Below, piece by piece: positions 1 through 7,978 of a DNA stretch of 64,000 nt. The position numbers and the translations under genes are program-made. Within the stretch, counting starts at the first letter, position 1, and the number at the start of each line of letters is the position of its first letter. The notes under the pieces are model-generated. The model saw only the letters and a list, made by a program, of their open reading frames with translations. It did not search any database and was not told where the DNA came from. The stretch lies in contig JAIYBU010000114.1 of assembly GCA_027488335.1 (NCBI GenBank), positions 15-64,014 of the forward strand. Direction: 5' to 3'. Source of the DNA: Cytophagaceae bacterium (lineage in GTDB: Bacteria > Bacteroidota > Bacteroidia > Cytophagales > Spirosomataceae).

Positions 1-38
1 GTAACAAGCTCACTGTCGTTAACTTGGATTTTTCCCAT
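1..38 (-). CDS. 5' end of a gene running off the left edge, possibly an ECF-type RNA polymerase sigma factor
   Basis: Minus-strand ATG at 38 with an upstream in-frame stop reads MGKIQVNDSELVT; this resembles the N-terminus of Cytophagales ECF sigma factors, but only 12 codons are visible. Confidence 0.35.
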   Translation of the reverse strand, partial: MGKIQVNDSELV

Positions 39-376
39 TTCAGTATTTCAATTTAGTTAACGTAGAGCTTTATGCCATATTGTATATTTTTTGTTTAAAT
101 TTTGTAGAATTTTGATTTGATGTCGAAAGATAGATAAAAATAATGATTCGTGTCAAGCATTTCAGATAAAAAAAATAGTTAACGGTTTGTTAATATTCCA
201 AATGAAATTTCGTTTTCATCGTTTTATACAGAATATTCAACAAAAATTGTACCAGTAGTTTTGTTCAATTTTAAAATTGTAAATATCTGATATTCAGATA
301 CTTAATGTGCCTTAATAGTGCATTGTTTTTTTCGGTATCATTTTTGCACTATTACACAAGTGAAATAAATATAATC

Positions 377-1765
377 ATGGAAAAAATGTTTGACTTTACT
401 CGTAATTTTCATCTGAAAGTTAATAAATCTCTTGCTGTCAATGCTTTAAGAGATAAAAGAATAGATTTTGGAGAAGGTATTTTTGTCTCCGAAAAATCAA
501 GTTTTAATACTAAACTAAACAAAGTAATAATTGTACTTTTTTTAGTTTTTGGCTTTTCTATTTCTCAATCATTTGGCCAGCGTGACCAGATTACTACCCA
601 AGCAGGTGAGAAAATCCGCTGCCGAATCTTAGACGAAACTCCCAATCGTTTTGTATATGCGTACCTTTCGCCAGCGGGTAAAGTTTTAAGAAATGAAATC
701 TTTAAAAATTTGGTTTCAGATTTTAAATATAATTTTTATCCGAGCGACATCGTAACAAAAGGGAACAAATTGCCTGATGGTCTGGGCGGAGCAAGAGAAG
801 AAAATGCCGCCGCTACTCAGCGTGTTGATACTCGAAAGAGCGAACCGAAGAAAAACGATAAAAAGAATGAAGTATCCGAAACCGAAGAAAAATCAGTAGC
901 GAAAGAATCGTCATCGAAAAAAGAAGTTGGGAAAGTAGAAAAAACTACTGAAACTGCTAAAAAAGAAGAAAAAGTAACGACTACGACAAAGGATAAAAAG
1001 GCGACCCCTGAAAAGGAGGAGGTAAAACCTAAAAAAGAAGAAGCCGTAGCGAAAAAAGAAGAAAAAACAGTTGCACCAATGGCTGCTCCAAAAGCCGATA
1101 ATGAATTTAATAATTTTCTGAAATGGAGAGTCGGAGTTAAGGGTGGTTTCGGTAATATGCTGGCCAAGATTCCAACAGAAAATGCCAGTGCTTACAGCTT
1201 ATACCAAGAAAAACTTCTGCGTGGTTTTACTTTAGGAGCTGATGTGGCGTATTTTCCTGTTGATAACTTAGGTTTTGGGTTGATGTTTACTAATTTTCAA
1301 GCCAAAAATAAAGCAGATAAAATTTCTTTCCGTAATGAAATCTTGAATAAATTAGATACGGGAAGCATATCAAATAACCGTTCGATAAAATATGTTGGGC
1401 CAGTAATTTATTATCGAAAAAATATTGATTTTAAAACAATGGTTATTTTGGGCGTATCGCCAGGTGTGTATTTTTATAAAGATAAAGGTACTTACAACAA
1501 TGCTAATTATACGTTTAAAGGAATGGATTTTGGTGCTTCGGCAACGCTTGGTATAGACTTTTTACTCGGAAATGATATTACAGGACGTGACATTATTTTG
1601 AGTTTGGAAGCAGGTTATAGCTACGGCAAAATGAGAGCTTTAAGCTTTGCTCAAGGTAGCGAAGCTGTAAACTTGGCTACGCCGCTTGATTTGAGCCGAC
1701 TTGATTTTACGGTTGGTTTGAGATTTACTCGTTATCCAAAGTATTTTAGATTAACGTCATATTAA
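377..1765 (+). CDS. Putative outer-membrane beta-barrel protein with an N-terminal small domain and a long K/E/T-rich linker
   Basis: Hydrophobic signal-like stretch VIIVLFLVFGFSISQSFG; low-complexity charged linker; C-terminal amphipathic beta-strands ending LDFTVGLRF; start chosen at the second Met (377) and uncertain. Confidence 0.6.
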   Translation: MEKMFDFTRNFHLKVNKSLAVNALRDKRIDFGEGIFVSEKSSFNTKLNKVIIVLFLVFGFSISQSFGQRDQITTQAGEKIRCRILDETPNRFVYAYLSPAGKVLRNEIFKNLVSDFKYNFYPSDIVTKGNKLPDGLGGAREENAAATQRVDTRKSEPKKNDKKNEVSETEEKSVAKESSSKKEVGKVEKTTETAKKEEKVTTTTKDKKATPEKEEVKPKKEEAVAKKEEKTVAPMAAPKADNEFNNFLKWRVGVKGGFGNMLAKIPTENASAYSLYQEKLLRGFTLGADVAYFPVDNLGFGLMFTNFQAKNKADKISFRNEILNKLDTGSISNNRSIKYVGPVIYYRKNIDFKTMVILGVSPGVYFYKDKGTYNNANYTFKGMDFGASATLGIDFLLGNDITGRDIILSLEAGYSYGKMRALSFAQGSEAVNLATPLDLSRLDFTVGLRFTRYPKYFRLTSY

Positions 1766-1767
1766 AA

Positions 1768-1821
1768 ATGTAGAGTTAAGAGTGTATTATAAAAACTCAT
1801 TCTATACTTTTAACTCTACAT
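1768..1821. terminator. Long hairpin between convergent genes, likely a bidirectional terminator
   Basis: ATGTAGAGTTAAGAGTGTA (1768-1786) pairs with TATACTTTTAACTCTACAT (1803-1821). Confidence 0.6.
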
Positions 1822-1823
1822 GT

Positions 1824-3047
1824 TTAGCAAATAATTTTCCCAAGCGTTTGGGTCTTCATCTCGGTTTCGTTCCATTCTTTTTCTGGGTTTGAATCGGCCG
1901 TAATGCCGCAACCAGCGTAGAGTGTTGCCATATTTCCTTCGATTTTCATCGTTCGTAGATTTACAAAAATATGGGATTCCGCTTGCCCTTCGCTTGATTG
2001 TATATTTACGGGGCCGAGAAATCCACTAAAAAAGTCACGGTCATAGCCTTCGTTTTTTAAGATAAATTCCGTAGCAGGTATTTTGGGCATTCCACAGACG
2101 GCTGAGGTTGGGTGCAGTAAATCAAGCATAACGGTTGCCAGTTGTGGAAAATTAATGGCCACCGTATCAATAATAATATCAGTACGTAGGTGCATTAGAT
2201 TACCCGCAATTACTGTTTTTGGCCCTTCTTCTTCAAACTCCCTGACTCTGATTTTTTTTAGACAATTAATAATATACCTCGTCACGAATGATTGTTCTTC
2301 TATTTCTTTTTGTCGCCACAAAGCCTCTGAAGTTTTAATTAAATTTCCATCGGAGTCATAAGCTGATTGCGTACCAGCCAGTGCCATTGTGCGAAAAATT
2401 CCTTCCGAATCTTGACTAACCAATACTTCGGGTGAAGCCCCCATCCAGACCACTCCCAGATGTGGCAACGAAACTGCCGAAATAAAAGCTGATGCGTAAG
2501 TTTCGCAGAGTTTATCAAATGTCCCGATAATGTCAAAATCAGCGGGTAAAAGTACTTGCTTGGTGCGAGAAAGTACAACTTTTTGGAATACTCCGCTTTC
2601 GATTTCGGCAATGCCTTTCTCCACTAAATTAATAAATTCTTGCTTTGTTGTTTGCTTGTTGGTTGTGTTATTGCCCGAAACATAGTTTTTGGATTGATTT
2701 TCACCTTTCACTAACTCAACAAAGTACGGATTAAGTGCCGAAGGTGAAATAACTTCTTTAAAATCTTCGTTTTGAGTTGACCCATTGGGGTTGAAAACAT
2801 AATGAAGGTCAGCTTTTAAGAAAAAAGTTTTATCTCCTTCAGGATTAACAAAAGGCGAAAAAGCGAATCCTGCATTGAGTTCTTCAAAATCTATTTTTGA
2901 TTGTTGAGGAATTTCTTCAAAAGATGTCAAAAAATGTTTTTCAGCTTGATGGGGTAGTCGCCAAATAGCTGTTGGGAAACCCAAATTTTTAGCTGAGTTC
3001 CAAAGGTTTTGACGAGATTTTTTATTTTCTATAATGGATGTTGGCAT
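1824..3047 (-). CDS. menF: Isochorismate synthase / chorismate-binding enzyme
   Basis: KVVLSR, GASPE, ALAGT, LHPTSAVCG, FSGFLG and YAGCGIT..S...EW.ET..K motifs of the chorismate-binding family. Confidence 0.85.
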   Translation of the reverse strand: MPTSIIENKKSRQNLWNSAKNLGFPTAIWRLPHQAEKHFLTSFEEIPQQSKIDFEELNAGFAFSPFVNPEGDKTFFLKADLHYVFNPNGSTQNEDFKEVISPSALNPYFVELVKGENQSKNYVSGNNTTNKQTTKQEFINLVEKGIAEIESGVFQKVVLSRTKQVLLPADFDIIGTFDKLCETYASAFISAVSLPHLGVVWMGASPEVLVSQDSEGIFRTMALAGTQSAYDSDGNLIKTSEALWRQKEIEEQSFVTRYIINCLKKIRVREFEEEGPKTVIAGNLMHLRTDIIIDTVAINFPQLATVMLDLLHPTSAVCGMPKIPATEFILKNEGYDRDFFSGFLGPVNIQSSEGQAESHIFVNLRTMKIEGNMATLYAGCGITADSNPEKEWNETEMKTQTLGKIIC

Positions 3048-3307
3048 GAAGTAATGTAAAAATCTTTCAGCAGAAAAAAGAATGTATCTCTGAAATTGGC
3101 TTGATTGTCTGCTTCATAGGTGAACAGGATGCGGTCGTCGCTCGGTTCGCCTTATAATGAATAAACAAAATTCAAAAGAAAATATTCCTAAAAATAGTAG
3201 AAGTTTTTTGGAATGTAGAAATTCGTATGATTTTTGCTTGAAATTTAATCAGTTCGCAGTAAAATATTGAAAAAAAGAAATTCCTGAAATTTACTCACAA
3301 CAAAACG

Positions 3308-4639
3308 ATGAATAAAATCTTATACTTCCTGATAATGCTGTCTTTTTCATCGTACACCACTGATGATAAGGGTATTAAGTTTACGCAAGGCTCATGGTCT
3401 GAAATTTTGAACGAAGCAAAAAAGCAAAATAAACTCATCTTTATTGATATTTATACTACTTGGTGCGGGCCTTGTAAAATGATGTCGGCAAGGGTCTTTA
3501 CTGAAAATAACGTTGGAGAAAAATTTAATGAATCGTTTATCAATTATAAGATTGATGCCGAAAAAGGTGAAGGCATTGAGCTGGCTAAAACCTATGCTAT
3601 TATGGCATATCCGACCTATTTATTTGTAAATAGTAGTGGTGAATTGGTCTATCGGGCCATCGGAGTAATGCCTGCCGACAAGTTTATAGCTGAAGCCGAT
3701 AAAGCACTTTTGGCAGGAAAAGGTTATAAATCATCGGATGAACTGGAGAAAGAATTTAAGGCTGGTAAACGTGATGCCGATTTTTTATACGAATACATGA
3801 GACGAAAAAGTCTGAATGGCGGTGAAAATGCTGCTTTATTAGAAGAGTATTTACAGGCCATTCCTGTATCGCAGTATAAAACCGAAAAAGTATTGGCCTT
3901 GATTGCCGAAAACATCGGAACGATAGAATCGAAGGCATTTATTATTTTGCGAGATGCCTTGGATAGGTATTTGAATATGACGACTTCGCAGCAAAGATAT
4001 GTACTGAATGGGCTTTCAAAAGCTAAACGTAATACATTTAAAAAAGCAGTTGATAGCCGAGATAAAGCATTGCTTGAAAGACTGATTGATGCCGTGCGAG
4101 CAACTTCATATAGCGAGGTTGGTTTTGAGGCCGAAGAGAAACAGTTTCGCTTAGAATATGCCAAAATTACGCGTGATAGCGATAATTTTAAGAAGATTGC
4201 TACCAAAGAAACGGCTAAATTAATGGCTAAAACTTCAGAAGAGTTAGTAGCCGAAACTCAACTGAAAATCATGAATTTTAAGGAAGGGGCAAAAGCAAAA
4301 AATTTGGATGAATCGACTCCACAATTTAAAATGATTTTGGATAATCTGACCGATAATGCTCAAAAAACAACTTCATTTCAACTCAACGAATATGCCTGGG
4401 GGTATGTGCATATGATTAAAAACGAAAAAGATTTGGAGGACGCCATAAAATGGTCGGAAAGAGCCATTGAATTGGTAGAATCGCCCGCTAATTTGGATAC
4501 CTATGCTATGTTGTTAAGTAAACTCGGAAGGAAAAAAGAAGCGATAAAAGCCGAGAAAAAAGCCATTAAACTTGCCCAAAAAGAAGGCGGCGACACCAAA
4601 GATTTACAGCAAACATTGAAAGATATTAAGCGAAATTGA
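3308..4639 (+). CDS. Thioredoxin-fold protein with C-terminal helical/TPR-like region
   Basis: Signal-like N-terminus; FIDIYTTWCGPCK; AYPTYLF cis-Pro loop; TPR-like LNEYAW..AIKWSERAIEL...ANLDTYA. Confidence 0.85.
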   Translation: MNKILYFLIMLSFSSYTTDDKGIKFTQGSWSEILNEAKKQNKLIFIDIYTTWCGPCKMMSARVFTENNVGEKFNESFINYKIDAEKGEGIELAKTYAIMAYPTYLFVNSSGELVYRAIGVMPADKFIAEADKALLAGKGYKSSDELEKEFKAGKRDADFLYEYMRRKSLNGGENAALLEEYLQAIPVSQYKTEKVLALIAENIGTIESKAFIILRDALDRYLNMTTSQQRYVLNGLSKAKRNTFKKAVDSRDKALLERLIDAVRATSYSEVGFEAEEKQFRLEYAKITRDSDNFKKIATKETAKLMAKTSEELVAETQLKIMNFKEGAKAKNLDESTPQFKMILDNLTDNAQKTTSFQLNEYAWGYVHMIKNEKDLEDAIKWSERAIELVESPANLDTYAMLLSKLGRKKEAIKAEKKAIKLAQKEGGDTKDLQQTLKDIKRN

Positions 4640-4701
4640 GTTTTTAAGTTGTAAATTTTACTAAAAAATGCCTTATCGAATAAAAAGGCAAGGATTTTGT
4701 A

Positions 4702-5175
4702 ATGGATATTATGAAAAAAATAGCTGTATTTATGAAAAAGATGATTTTGGCAATGAGCATTGTATGTCTTGTTGTATTGGTGTATGCCTGCGGTAGAGGA
4801 AACGTAAAGCAGATAAGTTTCATAAAAAATAACGACAAAACAATGGAACAAATGCTTGCACAAGCAAAAAGCCAAAAAAAGATAGTATTTGTTGATGTTT
4901 ACACAACGTGGTGTGGGCCATGTAAATGGATGGATGAAAATACCTTCAAAGATGCTCGTGTGAGCGAGAAGTTTAATAAAACCTTTCTGAACTATAAAGT
5001 AGATGGCGATTCGTTTGAAGGTGTAAATGTGGGTATTATCTATCGAGTAGATTCTTATCCTACTTATTTATTTATTGGCCCAGATGGCAAGGTTATTCAC
5101 CGAATAGAAGGAACGATGTCGGCCGAAGGATTGGTGAAAGAGGCTGATTTTGTGGTCAATCGTGCTTCAAAATAG
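4702..5175 (+). CDS. Thioredoxin-family lipoprotein
   Basis: Lipobox-like LVYAC; FVDVYTTWCGPCK; SYPTYLF; alternative starts at 4711, 4732 and 4741. Confidence 0.85.
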   Translation: MDIMKKIAVFMKKMILAMSIVCLVVLVYACGRGNVKQISFIKNNDKTMEQMLAQAKSQKKIVFVDVYTTWCGPCKWMDENTFKDARVSEKFNKTFLNYKVDGDSFEGVNVGIIYRVDSYPTYLFIGPDGKVIHRIEGTMSAEGLVKEADFVVNRASK

Positions 5176-5288
5176 TTTTATAAGTAATTCAAAACTTAAA
5201 ACTGCGTAAAAACACCTGATAGAATACGTATTTTTACGCTATCATTGAATATAGTCAATCACTATATTTGCAAATGCTTTGTAAAGCC

Positions 5289-5393
5289 ATGAAAAAAATA
5301 TCTAAATCCAACTTTTGCAAAGCCTCTGGTGAACCTAAAATAACTCTTGCTGATGTAAAAATCAGCCGTGAAACTAAAAATAATATAGGATAG
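5289..5393 (+). CDS. Candidate 34-aa small protein MKKISKSNFCKASGEPKITLADVKISRETKNNIG
   Basis: Perfect TATATTTG at 5263-5270 upstream and a terminator at 5463 downstream; no recognisable motif. Confidence 0.25.
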   Translation: MKKISKSNFCKASGEPKITLADVKISRETKNNIG

Positions 5394-5462
5394 CTGAAAT
5401 AAAATAGCTTTTTCCGTTACCTCGTCCATACATCAAAGAAATAAAGGCTATGAAACAAAAAA

Positions 5463-5491
5463 AGCCCAGTTTTCGCTAAGAAAGTTGGGCT
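5463..5491. terminator. Rho-independent terminator, likely bidirectional
   Basis: AGCCCAGTTTTC-GCTAA-GAAAGTTGGGCT stem-loop flanked by A and T runs. Confidence 0.7.
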
Positions 5492-5511
5492 AATTTTTTT
5501 ATAATATTCAA

Positions 5512-6069
5512 TCAAAGTTTTGGAAGTACGTTTTTAAACACTTCTTTATAAGTGCCAACTTTATACTGCTCGAAAGGCTCTTTTTTGTTATAATCTCCGC
5601 CCAAATACGTCACAATCTCGTGAAATGCCTTTGCATTCAAGTAACCAGGCAAAGGCTGAATCATATTATACTGTGCATCCAAGAAAACAGTTGTTGGGTA
5701 GCTCATTTTTCCTTGCAGGAGTGCTATTGCTGCCTGGTTTGCTCCACTATTGGCATCAAATGAATATTTTGTAGTTCCGATGATAATATCTTGTTTCGAT
5801 TCAGCATCGAGTTTCACCATATAGAAGTTCTTGTTTAAATAATCAATCACTTCAGGGTTTGTGTAGGTTTCTCTGTCCATTACTTTACACCAGCCACACC
5901 AAGCCGTATAAACATCAACAATGGTTTTACGGGGCTCTTTTTGGGTGCGAGTATAGGCTTCTTGAATCGTGAGCCATTCAACCTCTTTTTTTGCTGAAGC
6001 GGCCTTTTGTTGGGCAAAAATAAGATTCGATAAGCTAATTAATGCTATAAAAAGAAATACTTTCTTCAT
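5512..6069 (-). CDS. Thioredoxin-family protein (DUF255-like)
   Basis: Signal peptide; IVDVYTAWCGWCKVMDRETY; SYPTTVFL. Confidence 0.85.
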   Translation of the reverse strand: MKKVFLFIALISLSNLIFAQQKAASAKKEVEWLTIQEAYTRTQKEPRKTIVDVYTAWCGWCKVMDRETYTNPEVIDYLNKNFYMVKLDAESKQDIIIGTTKYSFDANSGANQAAIALLQGKMSYPTTVFLDAQYNMIQPLPGYLNAKAFHEIVTYLGGDYNKKEPFEQYKVGTYKEVFKNVLPKL

Positions 6070-6443
6070 TTCTGTAATTTTTTATGATAAAACGTTTGTG
6101 CTCAAAGGTTTATTATTATAGTACTAAATTGCAAAAACTATACCGAAAAATCAAAAGTTATTTACGAGTTCAAATCGGGTATTTAGCCGAAACCAATAGT
6201 CCAAGCGTTGTGTGATATTGACGATTCTTATACACTTATTGGAGTAGCTCTTTCAGATTTTGTTTGGCAGAATACTCGCCATGAAGTATTTATACAGGTT
6301 TTACTTAAATGCTTACTTTTGAGTTGAATATACATTGATATTAATCATAAATACTCAAAGACCAATAGGTAAGTTGCTGAGGATTTCTTGATTTATAACC
6401 AAGATAGTATATATATTTGGGAAACAATGAAACGATTTCTATA

Positions 6444-6950
6444 ATGGCGGAATATCTTGACCTAATGCTGCGAGCAGGAGCAGTTTATATTTTTATTGTG
6501 GTGGCAATTAAGCTCTTTGGCAAAAAAGAGCTTTCGCAACTGTCGGTGGTCGATTTGGTATTTATCTTGCTGATTAGCAATGCCGTGCAAAATGCAATGG
6601 TGGGACCAAATACTTCATTGGTTGGTGGTATTGTGGCAGCAAGTACACTTTTTGTGATAAATTATGTGTTGAAAAGACTTATTTTTAAATTCAAGCCGAT
6701 TGAAAAATTTATTGAAGGTGAACCAATAATGCTGATTTATGAAGGGAAAATTCAGAAGCAAAATGTCGCACAAGCGGGTTTTACAGTACAAGAACTACAA
6801 GCTGCTGTGCGAGAGCATGGAGTTGATGCTATCGAAAAAGTAAATTTAGCGATGCTCGAAATTGATGGAAATATCAGTGTCTTATCTGAAAACTATCAGT
6901 CGAAAACTCGCAAGAGACGGGTTCATAAAACGTTGGGCGATGTGCAGTAA
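6444..6950 (+). CDS. DUF421/YetF-family membrane protein
   Basis: GKKELSQLS..DLVFILLISNAVQN; GEPIMLIYEGKI; A.LE.DGNISV. Confidence 0.85.
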   Translation: MAEYLDLMLRAGAVYIFIVVAIKLFGKKELSQLSVVDLVFILLISNAVQNAMVGPNTSLVGGIVAASTLFVINYVLKRLIFKFKPIEKFIEGEPIMLIYEGKIQKQNVAQAGFTVQELQAAVREHGVDAIEKVNLAMLEIDGNISVLSENYQSKTRKRRVHKTLGDVQ

Positions 6951-6953
6951 TTA

Positions 6954-7481
6954 TCACAAAAATAGTTTTTGTGCTTCTTCTTTTAGCATTTTTAGGGCGT
7001 TGGCAGTGGGTTGTTGATTTTCGTTGATTACTTTTTCAAAGATTTTTTTAGAAAGATTTATCGCCGTTGCATCTGGCGAAATTTCGGAGGCTGAGGTATT
7101 AATCAAAGCAACCACATCATTCATGGCAGTTCGGGTTTTCTCCCAAGTTTCGTGCGAAATATACACCTGTTGGACAAGGTTATGGTTGAATTCTTCACGG
7201 ATTTCATTCAACAAAACTCGGTGGAAATCAATGGCTTGTATGTCGGGACTGCCGAGTCTGATGAGTAAATTTGCGGGTGTGATTCGCTCCAAAAAAAGCG
7301 TCATACGCTCGTAGGCTTGTAGGCGAATAGGCGTAGTGATTTCGATAGTTTTGGCTTTGATTTCCAATTCTTTCTGTTCAAATTGTCTTTGTAGGAAAGT
7401 CTGAATCGTGAGATACATTCCGTATAAAACAGCGGCGGCTGGAATCAATATTTTAAGTAATTCAACGAGAGATTGCATCAT
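6954..7481 (-). CDS. Conserved Bacteroidota hypothetical protein with an N-terminal TM helix
   Basis: PIRLQAYERMTLFLERITP and EIREEFNHN..QQ.YIS motifs recalled from a conserved Bacteroidota family. Confidence 0.7.
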   Translation of the reverse strand: MMQSLVELLKILIPAAAVLYGMYLTIQTFLQRQFEQKELEIKAKTIEITTPIRLQAYERMTLFLERITPANLLIRLGSPDIQAIDFHRVLLNEIREEFNHNLVQQVYISHETWEKTRTAMNDVVALINTSASEISPDATAINLSKKIFEKVINENQQPTANALKMLKEEAQKLFL

Positions 7482-7606
7482 TATTTATTTTATTCTTCAC
7501 AAAAGTAAGGTAAGTGAGTTCGGCTTCAAAATCTTTATTCGGTATTTTTCAAGGAAGCTTTTGCTTCAAACTAATCCTATAATCTTAAAATCCCTTAAAT
7601 CGTATC

Positions 7607-7614
7607 TATATTTG
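7607..7614 (+). promoter_or_regulatory. Bacteroidota -7 promoter element
   Basis: TATATTTG matches TAnnTTTG, 4 nt before the ATG at 7619. Confidence 0.6.
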
Positions 7615-7618
7615 CAGT

Positions 7619-7897
7619 ATGGTAACTTTTTCAGAAATAGCACGCACAGAAATATTAAAAAGTCTCAATTCTTCACAAATTCCTAAAGGCTATGCGTTGC
7701 GGGTGGGTTTGAAGGGCGGAGCTTGTTCGGCCACTTATCTTTTAGGACTTGATAAAGCCGCAGAAAACGATGAACTTTATGAAGTTGAAGGAGTAAAAGT
7801 GTTGATAGATAAGCGACATTTGATGTATTTGATAGGCGTAAAAATTGATTATGCCGAAACCGAATCAGGAATGGGTTTTACGATTGAGAAAGGTTAA
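7619..7897 (+). CDS. HesB/IscA-family Fe-S cluster assembly accessory protein
   Basis: LRVGLKGGACS..YLLGLD; KVLIDK..LMYL.G..IDY; short form lacking the C-terminal CGC motif. Confidence 0.75.
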   Translation: MVTFSEIARTEILKSLNSSQIPKGYALRVGLKGGACSATYLLGLDKAAENDELYEVEGVKVLIDKRHLMYLIGVKIDYAETESGMGFTIEKG

Positions 7898-7978
7898 TTT
7901 ATTAGCTTGAAACTTGAAGACTAACAAATGATAATTCAATGTTGTTGAAGTAATAAAATTAACGATTGACAATCATTT

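Noticed and set aside
830-1080. K/E-rich stretch as a tandem repeat
   Set aside because: It is a low-complexity protein linker with no exact nucleotide periodicity
6196-6345. Stop-bounded open frame PKPIVQALCDIDDSYTLIG...LLLS in the gap before the DUF421 gene
   Set aside because: No start codon context and no recognisable motif
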